Of a DNA stretch of 64,000 bases, positions 24,701-39,700 are shown piece after piece; position 1 is the first letter of the stretch; each line of letters begins with the position of its first letter. The stretch comes from Phoronis australis (lineage: Eukaryota > Animalia > Phoronida). The stretch lies in NCBI GenBank assembly GCA_002633005.1, contig NMRA01000086.1:591390-655389 (forward strand). Direction: 5' to 3'. Both the position numbers and the translations under genes were made by a program. Under the pieces are notes generated by a model, which made no database searches, was not told where the DNA came from, and worked only from the letters and a program-made list of their open reading frames with translations.

Positions 24701-27700
24701 TAATTTTTACTTATGCGATATCAACATTCTGATTTATAACAACACAATTATATACTACTAATTGTGGTTTATGGTAACCTTGAAAAATTTCGGAACACAG
24801 TTGTACATTCCCGGTAAATGCTTTTTCAGTCTGGTAACAATGGCACCAACCCTGAATGCTTTACCATTCTCAGTTTCATTTGCAAAATGTAGATAAGCTA
24901 GTATATAACCACTGCAAACGATCCAAATTTTCAGTACAATTGCAAGAAAACTCTCCGTATTATCCCAGTACGGAGACTTGTTTTTGAGACTGCTTTGTAC
25001 TTTTTGATATTCCTTAAGTGCTTTATAGCCGACAAGATGGGTTAGCTACAAAGTTTATCAAATGTGGTTCATAGGGTGATACACGACCAATAAAATGCAG
25101 ACCTTAAGCCATTCAGGAATGTTCATGATATTAAAGTTAAACAGTCAACGTCCCATCACAGGAGGTGGGAGGTCTCCGACATTCTAGGATATCAAAAAGA
25201 TATTACAGCAGACCAGTTTTAACTTTAAAATCATGATACACGAACTTTTCAAATTTAATCACTACAGTATGACTGCAGTGCGAGACAGTTTTCATGAGCA
25301 TCGATTGTTATGAATAAAGATGACAAGTGGTAGTGGTGGAAAGAAATAATTATAGCTTATGATTTTGTACTTAAAGGGTAGGCCTAGCTACCATTGGGAC
25401 ACTGAACACGTACCAACTGCGGAAGACTTGTCAAAAAACCTCCATCCAAAGATACCAATCGAATCTACTGTATATCCAAAACTAATTTACATACCACTGC
25501 AACCAATATCCTCGCTCCATTGTCCATTTGAGCAATTCGTGGGATTTGCTCCAATTCTGTTGTATCCAGTATTGCAGCTATAGTAGCACTGACTTCCGGT
25601 GACGTCATCACAGTCATCAAGTTGTCCGTTTGCTGGACTTGTCTTAGCTGTGCATTTAAGTACTAGAAGAAAATTTTGATCCACGTTTTGTAAAAATACA
25701 GAAAATTTCACGTGGTCGGTTGCCCAAACCTTTTAAATTTTGGTCACACTAAGCTAAGATTTCATGAACAGTCTGACCATAAGCACCAGCTTCCGATGCC
25801 CATGTCTGTCTATTTAAACTTCCGCTCCATTCCTGTACCGTTGTGAAGAATTCAGTTACGTGCAGTGTGCGCTACAGAAATGCTTGCAATAAATTCAGAA
25901 TGAATATAGTAACAATTAAAAACTCGAAAGCGTTCACAAATGGTTGTAAAAGTCAGAAATATTCATCAGTGCCATTCAAATCACTGACTTCTGATTGTCT
26001 ATAAGTGATACTATGAGTTTGACATGCAACATGGTCTGACTGTGGATTAAACTAACGTGAATGTCACTAAGGACGACTCCATGCAGGTTACTTACAAGTA
26101 ACTGTCACTGTAAATTCACAGGTCGCATATCTGCCAATCTCATGGTCTGTGCCGCTGCAGAGTACAATGTTGGCACCCAGTCCAAAAGTTGCATTTTGTG
26201 GCTGATTGCACACAGTTTCTATCAGTTCAGAGTTCTCCGCTCTCTTGAACGTGGGATACGAGATGAAGACTTCAGTTTCTTTAGATTCTGTGAGAACTTC
26301 GAAATCTTTCAAACAGCCAGTCATGAAGGGCGGCTTGTCAGCTACAATATACTTAGAACAATTACTTTCCTCGATACATGATGTCTCAACTTAAGTGCCC
26401 GCTCTGTAGGAGATGCTCATATAACAACCAATGTTTTGTTAAATACATTGTTTTAAGCAATTTGCACGGTTCATCTGCTAACTTAAACATTTTTTTCCAA
26501 TTGATAGACGAAGAGATTTACAGTTTAAATACATTACCATGATTAATCAACCCGAATTGCTGTCGAACGAATTGGTAAGTAAAGTTTTAAACAATGCACG
26601 CGAACCAAGGCGATAAAGCATCAATGAAGGGATTTTCCACCGTTCAACTCCACACCATTTTCTTAAAATGCACATTTTATCTTGTCACGTGAACAAAACG
26701 TCACTAATCCTCAACCAGGTCAACTGGGGTCACTATCATCAGTCTTACATGTAAGTGCTAACCCTGAAAATGGTCATCATTGTGTCGTGTGATTATAGAA
26801 AGCCAAAGCGGAATAAATTCCAGGACACAAACTTTCAGTTTAAGAATTAAAAACAGATCAAAACATTATCTTTGCTCTGCAGGACGAAACAAAAAAGAAC
26901 AAAAAAACAGAATTTTCACTTAAGAATTAAAAACAGTCCAAAGCATTATTTTAATTCCTAAGACCAAAAAACAACCCAAGAAAAGAATTTCAGGACCGTA
27001 AATTTATGACGTCGGGACCGAAAATTTATCACGTCAACATCGAAAATTTAACATGTCAGGCACAAAAATTTAACACGTCAGGAAAACTTCACGCCAGAAA
27101 ATTTTCATACTAGATCAGTAACCATCCACAAGCACGTGACCTCTCACAGAGACAACGTCGGCACTAGATACACAAGGGCTAAGCGTTCAACAATGTCTCG
27201 TCGATGACAGTCACATTATCATGACAATGAGGTTGAATTTCTGATGTCTCTTCCACGTTTTACAACAGAAGCTAATGTACACTTGGACACTCATGGGCGG
27301 CGCACCATAAGGGGCGGGGGGGGAGCTATAGCCCCACTTTTTTCAGTGCTGCGCCGCCCATGCACTAGACTCGACTGATCGCCGTAGCTCCGTCCCTTCT
27401 AAGATACATCAGATCGGCGGCACAATGCAATGTTGTGCTTTTTTCAACTTATCGTTGTAGTTCAAATGACTAGTACAGTCTAATGCGCTAATGACAAAAA
27501 TGTTTATTGCTTAAGTACAATGATTGGCAATGTCTGAATTTGATAAGATGAGCAAATATCTAGTCTGAAGGCAAAATACTCCTTTGTAGGGGTATAACTG
27601 AAGTAAAAAACATGATCTTTCGAAAGTTACGTGGATCACAGAACCAGGAGTGCGTTCCACAGACTCAAGTATTTTGTGAAACAGATACATCAAGCAAGAA

Positions 27701-30700
27701 CACTCAAACTCACAGGAGTAAAAGGCAAGTTTTTCGCGAGTGTGTTCGAGACCTCACCTAGCTTACCATAGCAAAATGGTGTCCTTCAAAGGGATTAGTC
27801 AATGAGGTTGGGATTCAAATTATGAGATGTAACTCACTGTTTCAATGCCGTAAGGACAACTTATCGCTACAAGTGCAACCCGCGGAGTGTACTGAGTCTA
27901 CGAAACGCACCCTTCCCCATTTCCCTACCTCTACGAAAGATTATTGGGACAGGGCCATTACAGTTTTAAGATAGAAAGATCGGATTGGTGCTCGGTTTTC
28001 AGTGTTTTATATGAATTATGAAACATGAACCTTCCCCTGCGAAATGTTACCATGGTTGACCATGGTTAAGCACAGTAAAGCACAGTCAACCATGGTTCAA
28101 CCATGGTTAAACCAAGGTTGACCGTGCTTGACCAAGCTTCAGACCATGGTCAACCACAGTCAAACCATTGTCAACCATGGTTACCTTTTCCAGAAATGGC
28201 CAACCATGGTTGACTATGCTTCTGACCATGGTCAACCATGGTCAAACCACTGTCAAACCACGGTCAACCATGGTTGCCCATTTCTAAAATGGCCAACCAT
28301 GGTTGACTATGCTTCTGACCATAGTCAACCATTGTCGAACCACTGTCAAACCACGGTCAACCATGGTTGCCCATTCCTAAAATGGACAACCATGGTTGAC
28401 TGGGCATCTGACCATGGTCAACTATGGTCAAACCATAGTCAACCATTGTTGCCTTGGTCCATTAGAGGCAATCATGGTTAACTATGCTTTCAACCATGGT
28501 CAACCATGCTCAGAAATATGCATGGTCAACCGCGATCGCTTTTCCCAGTGAGGAACAACCATGGCTGACCATGCTTTGCCTATGGTCAAACTCATCCCAA
28601 CTAGCAGGTCTTGTTTACGAGATCAGGTTACACATATGACACTCTTGAACAGAGAGTAGTCAAATAGTTTGTGTCTNGTTCCACAGACTCAAGTATTTTG
28701 CGAAACAGATACATCACGCAAGAACACTCAAACTCACAGGAGCGAAAGGCAAGTTTTCGCGAGTGTGTTCGAGACCTCACCTAGCTTACCATAGCAAAAT
28801 GGCGTCCTTCAAAGGGATTAGTCAATGACGTTGGGATTCGAATTATGAGATGCAACTCAATGTTTCAATTCCGTAAGCACAACTTAACGCCACAAGTGCA
28901 CCCCGCAGAGTGTACTGAGTCTACGAAACGCACCCTTCCCCGTTTCCCTACCTCTACGAAAGATTATTGGGACAGGGCCACTAAAGTTTAAAACAGAAAG
29001 ATTGGATTGGTGCTCGGTTTTCAGTGTTTTATATGAATTATAAAACTTGAACTTTTTGCACCTCTGGCGCCAGCGAATGTAGCGCGCGCTACATTCGCTG
29101 CAGCATTACTTGCCTTATACACGCCATAGAACCAGAGTGAAACCGGTACGAGCTCTTGCAGTCAACTTTCTGCTCAGTGATAAACTGAGTCACAGGGTTT
29201 GACATGTTCATTATCTTAAAGTGTCGTTGGGAATTAAACCCTTACCCCAGCATTTGGGTCCTGTTTTGGGACTCCAGTGAGTATCAGCCATGCAGCGAAG
29301 AATCGTCTGGTTGGAGAAGCTGTTAGGTACCTTGTAGCCATAGTCACAGTGATAAGGACATGAGGAGCCATATGTCCAAGTGGAACAGTTGGTGGCGCCA
29401 TTGACTATCTGCGGTGGCTCCGTGCACGATTTTACTATACAAGAAAACACAGATTATGTAATTATGTCAACATTTCTGTCGAAAGCAATGAGATGATAGT
29501 TATGCGCAAAAAAAATCTTAAATGTGCTAATTTACATATCCATTTTGAGACATTATCAAGTAATATCAGACACTAGAAGACGAACAAAATTCATGTTTTG
29601 ATGATAAGGCTGTACAAACCCACATTTAAGTGATGTACGTGCCGGGTCAGAAACGGTGTGTACAGACAACACACAATGACAAGAACAACGTAATGTGCTG
29701 AAACGCACCCACGTCTACAATGCAAACAGGGGTGTTGATTAGTATCACGTGATGCCAAAAAAGGCAGAAGCATATTTTTTCGAGTCTGTTTTTTAATGGA
29801 GTAGGTGATGCGGTACTTTTTCAGTTGCCCACTTTTTCAAAAAAAAACATTCACCCGAAACTATAGCAAAAATGATGCTATATATATTTTTACTCATCGC
29901 CTGGCAAATCGTGGCGTTTCAAACCTTGCCTAGCCTTGTTTATGTGCCTTTGTGTAACATTTTATAAAAAACATGATGAGAGCTTGACTGAAATTGGTGT
30001 GGGCGAGCGTTTAGTATGTAGCCAGCGAGTGCAGGTCGGAGAAGAGACAATAACCAACAATGCTTTTTTGGAAAAATACACAAAAAAGGCCACGAGGGGG
30101 TACAACATAAGTCAAATCCGTCAAAAGCAAGGCAAATGCTGTCATCTTCTAACTCTACAAATTTCGTTATCTTCTATACAGGAACTTTTTATATAAAGAG
30201 CCATATATGTACTTATCGTAAAAAGTCTAAATTGCCACTAGAGAATGATACAGTAGTGGGATTCGCCCCAAAATCGTCAAACATAATCTTCAACTGAAAA
30301 ACATATGCTACATTTTCCACGAAGGAACTTGGTAGATATAGTGGAATTCACAAAGAAAACTTAAATTGCCCAGTGGTTTGACCAGTCCGAAACTCAATGT
30401 CAATCGTGCTCGTTTCACTAAGCACGCATCTGTGAAATTTTACGATCTTTTGAGAGTAGCAAACATAGAGGCAGAACAAAAGAAACAGACAAAAAAGAAA
30501 GACCCACAATTCATAGAATCTGACAGGAAATCGTCACTTCCATGATAGAAACCTATGTAACAAATTTCATGAAAATCTGTCCAGACAAACGTGAAAAAAT
30601 ACACTGCCGTTAGGGACCACAGCGGTAGTCGAATCAGTCCTAAATTCATTCGTGCCGCAACATTAATAATAGTAACAAAATATTGAAACAAGTCTGCAAA

Positions 30701-33700
30701 ATTTCATGGAGGTCTACCAAGAGTGGCAAAGCAACTGACGCCGTGAGTCTGGCGGACGTCGGACAGACTCGGTGACGGCATAACGCCACACACATATTCT
30801 GGGTGCACAAAAGTAACTTTTCACACTGTGAAGTCAATGAATGTAGAACGTACTTTTACAGTGAGGTATCACATTCCAATCCCCGGTTTCATTGCAAGAT
30901 ATCTGCGACACAGTCGCAAGGTCGTAGCCATCGTTGCAACTGTACGTGCACACGGATTCGTAGGTATTTTGGCAGGAGTCAACAAGTTTACCGTTATCCG
31001 GAGGAATCAACGGTTCGCAGACGATGTCTGTCGAGAAAAAAAGAAATTAATTGTTACAAAATATTCATGCAACTGAAGAAAATCATTAAATGTTACCTGG
31101 CTGACTACGATTCCAGACCACTGGTAAATAACCAAGTAGGTTTTCTATTTTGAAAACATATGTAGGCTCCCTATTCTTACAAATAAAATTTAACGGGTGG
31201 ATACTGGCATAGCTACGGGGGCCAAAGGGGGCTATGGCCCATCCATTCACCCGAAACTCAATTAGTTCAGCGTTCCCCCCCCACTGTTAGCATAGCACCA
31301 CCCCAGGTTGCCCCTCTCCCCCATGTCGTGAACACATCCACTAAAACAAGAAACTGTAGGAACACCGCATTTATCCACCTTCACTCTTATCAGGCTTCTA
31401 TTGTGAGTCAGCATGCGTGAATAATTGGCTGATAAGCCACCTCTGGAACTACTTTGGGCTGAATGGATGACCAGGCCATAAAATGATAATTAGCCAAGAC
31501 CAGTTACTATAATGCAACAAAGAACAAGTAATAATGTCTTGCATCACCTAGCCTTGGTGGAAAGCTGNGGCCCAAAAATCCATCGATATGGGCGCTTTTT
31601 TGCACATGGTTCTTAGCAAACTATAGTAGACCTCTTGGTCAAAGAGCGCTGCAAGTGGTCATTTTCTCCAAATTTCACAATACTTACAATCCACAGTGAT
31701 GTTGAACGCACAAAATGAAGATCGCCGTAGTTCACCATCTGTTGCTGAACAGTTCACTTGGATTACTCCAGCATCCAGTTGTATGTTGTTGCTGTGAGAA
31801 CACGTTGTAGTTAGCACTTCTTCCCTGGCCTTAAAGATGGCGCTGGGAACATCGACGTTAACGGGCAACGAGCCTGTTTTGATCATTATGTCGCTAGGAC
31901 AGTAGAAAATTTTCGGATCTTCGTCAACTGAAAATGAGATAATTTGAACAACTAATCAATGCAGAAGAAAATTCGAGAAGCAGGAAGAGTCGAAATCTTC
32001 GATAACGATGATTTTAATCCCTACAAGTCAAGTCGGGTATTTTCTGCTCTTTGTGCTGCTATTGCAAATTCGAGGACGATGACTGGCCAGAGAATCTTGA
32101 GCTAAATCTGTTAAGTTTCGTATTTGCGTTAAGGTTATGCAAGATCACAAAACATTTGCAACAACAAATTTCAGAAAAGGCTGATCGAATATAGCTTAAG
32201 AAATTCTATGTTCCTACCGTAACACTGTGGCAATTTGCCGGTCGACCATCTAAGAGCCCCTGTGCAGACCGATCTGTGATAATCCTCGAAGCTGCGTGGA
32301 ATGGCGTAACCATCGTTGCACACGTGCTTGCACGTGCTACCATAGGTAACGTCGGAACAATTCACTCTTGCGTTGGAAACACTGGGCGGTAACCCAGGGC
32401 ATTTGCCGACTGCAAAAATTCAACACGGGCAGTGGAAGCCTTGGACTATGTAACCCGTTGACGGTACCTCCAGTCATGTGTTTGAAAACTCTTAAGAAGT
32501 AGCTTACAAGGTTTTGATTTGTGCTCCTTAAACAATCCTATATCCAGGGCAAACCACTCGACCTCTGTAAGTGCGACTAATGACCTTATGATGCTGACAA
32601 TGTTGATCAGTTGATGTCTAGCAAAAGGACCTCTACAGTAAGCATGGGCGGAGCTATAGTCCTCCCCTCACGCAATCCCCTATGGTGCGCCGCCCATGGT
32701 AAATCATGAAACAAATGGTAAGAGTAAACGATGATCTATAAACCTGTGCCTTCTGTGGAAAGCCAATGTTTGACTTAGGCCACTCGCTTTTATAAAATGA
32801 TTTCTGGGCTTTGGAAGTTATAGATCGTTGGTGCTTCGTAACAGGCCTTAATTGTGACAGCGTATTGGTTTTTTTGTCACAAAGCATTATCGCCGCCTGG
32901 GGAATACCTGGCAATTTAATTCTAACTACTATCAATTAAAACAGTATGTACAGTGCCCAACAGGGAATGTGTACTGTACAGTGTAATCAACTTGCGCGTG
33001 TATTTGAGTGATCGAATCCAAACATCAAATCAAAAAAATAGAATGGAATTGGAATCGGGACTAAGGTGTATCGGTATGTGACTATGAAAATGGAGATTTT
33101 TCATCAAACAGCGAGAAATGGCCGCCAGACGAAGACGCCGCTTGGTCATGAATGTATGCAATCAAGGAGTGAATTTACTAACGCGTTATGATAATGGAGT
33201 TAAGTATCCAATTTAAAATTCAGAATCAAATATTGAATAGTCAATTGAAAGCAAAATTTACTGTTACAGCTTTACAATCATATTTGTGTTTGCAATGGGT
33301 CCCATAGGGACTTGGCAATAAAATGCAAATTTCTCTTAGAACAGTGAGTAAATGCGAAAATAGCACGTAGTTAGGAATTTTTGTCACCAGTGCATGAATA
33401 CTGGGAGTTTGCTTTGACTGACGTAGAATCGGTAGAACCCGGTGCACTGCTTCGACTGACCTAGGACCAATTGTACATTACTCCCCGGATTGACTGACAA
33501 GTTAAATCTTGTGCCTTACTTTCACAATGAGGAACAACACTCCAGTTTCCGTCTACTTGGCACGTGACGCGAATATCCGTAGTAGAAAGGTAACCCTCGT
33601 TACACACATATTTGCACGTCGACCTGTATCCGTTAGGGCATTCCCCGTCAATTCGACCATTCACAGGTGGTTTCAAAGGCGTGCACGTGACATCTGTTGA

Positions 33701-36700
33701 AGAGACATTTCGTTGTTACGGACTGGTGAAAAAGTAAAGACTTATTTCACACTTTTAGGGCAATGAAAAGAACAAGTAGACAATGAAACATACATCATAC
33801 TCAGGGGCGGATCCAGAATTTTGAGTTAGGGGGGGCCAATGCACAGGATAAGCAGACTCTCGGCAGATGCGCGCCCAGCCTAAAGTGTAGGGGTGCAGGG
33901 GTCTCGAATTTTGGGTTTGCGAACCTGTTGACTGAAAAAAACGATAAATGGGGTTGGTTCAGGGCCTATGCATTCAGCCCCCGAGCCCCCCTGGTTGCGC
34001 ATGTGCTAGTCAGTAATTCGCACCCCAACTGCCAAATGGTATCTGGGGTACAGTTTTAGGGGGGGCCATGGGCCACNNCCCCCCCTAAATCCGCCACTGA
34101 TACTCTAAAATGTGATATATAGCCTACAGCGGCAGAAAAATGGCTTCTTTTGAGAACTGTAGCTTGACTCAAAGGTTTGTACATTCTAAATAAATAAAAC
34201 CGAGAAATTAATATTTGAAGTCTTGTTTCGAACTCCAAGGTCATTTCCCAAGAATAAATGAAAAGGAAATCTCTTTCTGTTGGTTTAATTGCTTATTCTG
34301 ACGTATACTTCCGGACTTATTGTCAACTGAACTAGAGCTGTAGTATCACGTGCTTTCATCTCTGAAGTGCTTTAAGCACTTTTCCTTGCTCATTCTCCGT
34401 AAATCGTTGATGTGCAGTGTATGTATATGCAAATTTCTTTCATTTTGTGCTTGTTTATCCAGTCGTGTATTCAGCTAATCACATAGACAGTGCTTCACAA
34501 ACGGTCGTCATACCAAATACCTTCTACACACCCAGCCGTGGGCCAAAGATTTTTGGTAACTCACATTGGCTAAACAATCAAAGTCAAGTAGCTAATTTAT
34601 ACACCTTTGGAGGTATCTGATTTCTTTAAAGTCCTTCTCTCGCGCGTTGTTAACCCTTATTACATGGTTAGAAGATGTTATAAGGATCCAAGAAGTACCT
34701 ACCCCATAACTAATACACGATCCGTACTCGAAAAAAGTTTAAATGAACGCGCCACTCACGATTCGCACCCGAAGAAACACCGCCATTTTGAACTTGCCGC
34801 GAACCCGGAAGTACAATTCATTCAGGAACCCAGGCCGAGAAAACGCCGTCAGTGCGACTGGAGCAGTGCCTGTACTGTTACCAGCCAGCAAACGGGGATA
34901 AAAAAATCGACAGCGCGCCTTAATTTTGATAAAATCAAACTACGGACAATTTTATGGAATTTGCTGAAGAAATGTGGCGAATAAATTTTGACAGAAATTA
35001 TTTTGCCAGACTCGGGACCGCAGCCTATCGGACCCGGTGCGGATCGAGACCAGACACTGGCGAACGGTAAATGCATGCGGTTGCAAGCTGTTTTGTCGAA
35101 GTAAAATGGTCAAATGATAAATGCTGCATATATTCAAGGGTAGTTTCAGACACTTGCATGAAATTACGGGCTGGTTAGTCCTGTGTCACACTGCCGCGGC
35201 AGACCTTAGTTAGCCTCAGTCACCAGCTACCAGTGAAGACTATAGTCAAAATACAGCTTGTTAGTAGGCCTATACAGCTTTGCGCCAAGACTACCCTTAG
35301 GCCTAACTGGTCGCTGGCCACAAACACAAAAAACACGAAAATTGAACAAAGTTTCTTTTTTGTAGCAACGTTTGTCAAAATGTATCAACGTTAAATCTTC
35401 ACAAATTACAAAGTAGCCGATTGAACATGCCTTTCAGTTCAGCAAAAGTCGACATTGTAGGTGCCGCCAGAAATGAGACGAAGTCCAACGGGAATTGTGA
35501 GCACATTTATCACTTAATGAGTAACAACTGCGAGGCTGAAATTTGGTGAGCACTGCTAAATCGTGCAGAATAGTAAGTAAAGATATGTCTAACTAAATTT
35601 CACCGTAATCTGTTGGCGAAAACAATTTACACAAAGTTTTAAACTCGTAACTCATCCCGCTGTCCTCCAATATGGCCGACGCGATCCAAACAAAGTGACC
35701 CAAATTTCGCCACAAAACTTGCAATAACGTTACAGTGCTTGCCCCGATTTTGATACTTTTTCGATTTTTACTGAGTAGAATGTACTACCTTTCCGATGAT
35801 AGCAAAGTACTTTTTCAAAACGAGGAAAAAATAAAACCAAAAAAAAAAATTGGTTCGACCCATATTGGTTCCTAGGTTCGACCGGCCTACGTAAGGAACT
35901 ATAAAGAAAAATGTTATTTTAGCATACTAAGTACGCGTAACATTCCAAAAAATCAATGACCACTAACTACAAACTATAAATACACTACATATGCAAACGA
36001 ATTACGATATATTACTAATAAAACAAAATAATGAAGACTTTTCGAGCAAGCCATATCACATTCAGTTACAAGGAAAAAATGGCGGCGTTCAGGACAAGTT
36101 CCTGAACTGATGAGCCGGAAATGTGGGTACGGAAATAACCGATGACAACCGGTAATCATACGCTCAGAGAGAAGGGTCAAATACTGTTAAAAAATCACTT
36201 TTGGCAAGAAAGGCGAAAAGAATATAAGGAAAGGGTGTCGAAAATAAGAATTTATGTAGTAAGTATTTTCGGATACTGGAACCACATGGGCAGTTTGAGA
36301 GAAGGACTTTAATTCCTCCCAACTGGCACAAATAATTTCATAATTAAAATTTATTTTCCGAAAATTTATGCTCCGTGCTTTTATCAGCGACGAGCACTTT
36401 CTCTTAGTACTTCTCCGTCACACGTTCATTGGTCTGCCTTGTGAATATCACAAGCATCAAAAATCAACTTTCGCAACCAATATTTGTGGGACAAAGATGG
36501 CAGATTGTCGTTGTGTTCACGTCTTCTCTTGTCCTGATTGGTTGAAAGTTAGCTTGACAGAACTGTCGGAACTGCCCATTATATTCGATTTGCATTGGAA
36601 ACCAATTGGCCCATGCACTGTCACCAACTAAAGAGAGTTCGAAAAAGTATGCATGAAAAGTGTCAGCCAACAGCTCTCTCGTGTATTCAATGAATTCTTC

Positions 36701-39700
36701 CTACAAGATTGGCTGCTGACAAACTATTAAATATGTGTATAATTATGTGTATGCGTCTATGTATAGTAATAGCGCCTATACGGTATAGTTTGGTAGCAGA
36801 CTTTCATTAACACAAACTTTATTAAAACATGATTGTACTTTCTGTTACACACGCAGCGTGATGTGGACTCGCTCGCACTCTCTAAAATTTCCGATCTTAC
36901 CGGCCGGTGTGTAGTTGTAAAGCACATTGCAATATTAAAACAGTAACTATATTTCGAGTAAAGCACATGTCTCGGCACTTGCCAAGGTAAAATGAACGTG
37001 GTAGAAGAATCGAAATGAAGACAGCAGGTAGAAGTGCATGCATACAAGCAGAGCGTGTGAAAGTAACACACACTAGGAAGCCCACAAGCCTAACGGAACA
37101 TAGCCAGCGTGCGGTTAACACCTGTGAGCTGCTCATTCAACACAGGTTTTCCATGACTGACAACAATCACAATATTGTGCTTCCAGTTGAATACTAGCAG
37201 TTGGGACTATGGCTACACCATTCCTTATTGGCTACTTAAACGTTCAGTTTGACCACATATGTCGGGAAATGCGAAGGAAAAGCGTCCGAACAATTTAGAC
37301 AATTACTGAGGTTTACAACAGATGCTAAGCTTGCGGAAACGTGACGGTGAAATTTTGGGAGCGCGTCACTTTCAGTATACTCAATCCAGCGCCCCTATGA
37401 TTTGAGTTGAAAGGGTGGCATGCAGCGATAATAGTGGTATGGGTAAAAAGGTTCGCCGAAAAGCATCAATCGTTCTGCAGACCCACAAACATATATGTTC
37501 TGTTTTTCTTTTTTTGTTATCGTTTTTATGCCTGCTTCGCGTAAATTTAAACAGACGAACAAAATGGGTGGAGCCAATAACTGTCGGAAATGGATCTTAT
37601 GATTGAAATCAATTCGAGCAGGGTGGGTCAAGCAGTCATTATTTACAAAATAACACGATAATACATACGGTCGATAGTCACATTATACGTGCACGTTGAC
37701 ATTCTCCCGATCTCCTCGTCTGTGGCGCTGCAAACCACAATGTTTGTAGGCGAATGAAGAAGCTCCGCTGACTGGTGAGAACATTGGAGATTTAAGGTCT
37801 GTCCTCTCGCCGTAATGATCGGTCTGGGAAGGTCTACTCTCACAGGCAAAGTTCCGGTTTTAACGGTAAAGTTATCAGGACAGAGAGTAACTGTCGGGGC
37901 TTCGTTCACTGAAAAAGGAATGGTCACTACAATTCACGAATACATAATGATCTGTGTCCCTGAAAAACTCAATGGATTTACAAAATCATAGATTTGGTGA
38001 ATTAATTGTAACACGCTTGAACGACATGGCAACGGACATGCTCTGTATAATACAATTTTAATGACCAAAGTCACATTCTCCTTTGATAGTCATTGTTGCT
38101 ATATCGTGATGATGATCGTTATTATTATTTTTGAGCGCAACATTGTCTTTGGAGAGGAGCGGGTTAAAGATGACATAATTTTCGTTACTTGTGCTATTTG
38201 CAGTTTCCTGTTTTGTTTAGATGCTGCATATTAATAACCAAATTTCTACGTGTGCTAGTTATCATGCTAAACATTCCCACTAAATAAGATTGGTCCTAAC
38301 CCCAATGGTCAAGGTAAACGGTGGGGTTTGGAAAATTGAACTAGACTGTATTTATCCACCTTGGCTGAGTCGCGCTCGGCTCACGATCAAAGGGATGCCG
38401 CCAAGCTGCTCTATTCATCGAGTCACGAGCGAGGCAATGACCATCGCCTCTGTTGGTCCGGCGATGGTCATTGCCTAGAGCGAGGATAATTGGCTTCGCT
38501 CATGCGGATCTGATCAGCTGATTACAATCTAGCTGGCGGACTGCACTTTTTATGGAGAGAGTTTTACGTAGTTTTTACTGTAATATTTCAAAAGAGGAGC
38601 GAAAACAAATATGAGTACAACTTTGAATTTTTCAAATCGGCCTAGGATAAGAGATTTTGCAACACAGCAACACTCACGATTACTTTCATTCGGCGCGTAC
38701 GAATACAAAAATATAGGACCCAAGTTATTTAGATTTTGGAACACATGCATTGCAATATTCAAAATACGTCTATTATTAATCTTACAAGCTGTAAAACGTC
38801 GTTGTTTAATTTCATTGTGCTCATTCATTGTCATCCGTCAAATCGGCAATTTTCCGAGATGTGATCTGCGGCGTGCGCGTATGTACAAAACACGTGATTG
38901 TTATGTTTTTGAAATACAAAAATTAAGAAACTTTAGCAGGCCGTTATTATTGACAGGGACACGATAAAACGAATTTGGATTTTGACTATAGTCTTGATAC
39001 AGCGAGCTGGCTGACCACTGCGTCAGTGTCTCCGTTAGACCCAGAAATTTCACACAGCCCGGGTAGTTCACCTCGTCCCCAACATGTAGATCGAGCCTTG
39101 GACTATNNNNNNNNNNNNNNNNNNNNNNNNNNNNNNNNNNCCTCCCCGTGAAATGAATTTTTCTAAGCGTTTATTAGAGCCAATACAGTATACATCTTTC
39201 CACCAAGGCTAGGTGATGCTACGACATTATTCTTTGTTGCATTAGTAACTGGTCTTGGCTAATTATCATTTTATGGCCTGGTCATCCATTCAGCCAAAAG
39301 TAGTTCTAGAGGTGGCTTATCAGCCAATTATTCACCCATGCTGACTCACAATAGAAGCCTGATAAGAGTGAAGGTGGATAAATGCGATGTTCCTACAGTT
39401 TCTTGTGGTTGTGGATGTGTTCACGACATGTTCGGTTTTGATTTACTTATTTCGAAATCGTTATTTGTAATTCCTTTGTTTCAATTGATCTATTACTATT
39501 ACGTTTACATAAGTTAGGCATAGGCCTACTTCAAAGTTCAGAGAAAAAATCATGAACAATAGCGACAGCAAGTATACCCTAGCTCTAATTTCTTCGCTGT
39601 AGATTATGACATTTTATACAGGACCATCAGCAGTGCGTATACAAAGCTATAAAGCAAATAAAACCATATAGTCTTTTAAAAAGCAATGAAACTGAAAGAC

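Noticed and set aside
36107-36140. CTGATGA...GAAA hammerhead-like motif
   Set aside because: Stem II closing pair and stem III cannot be formed
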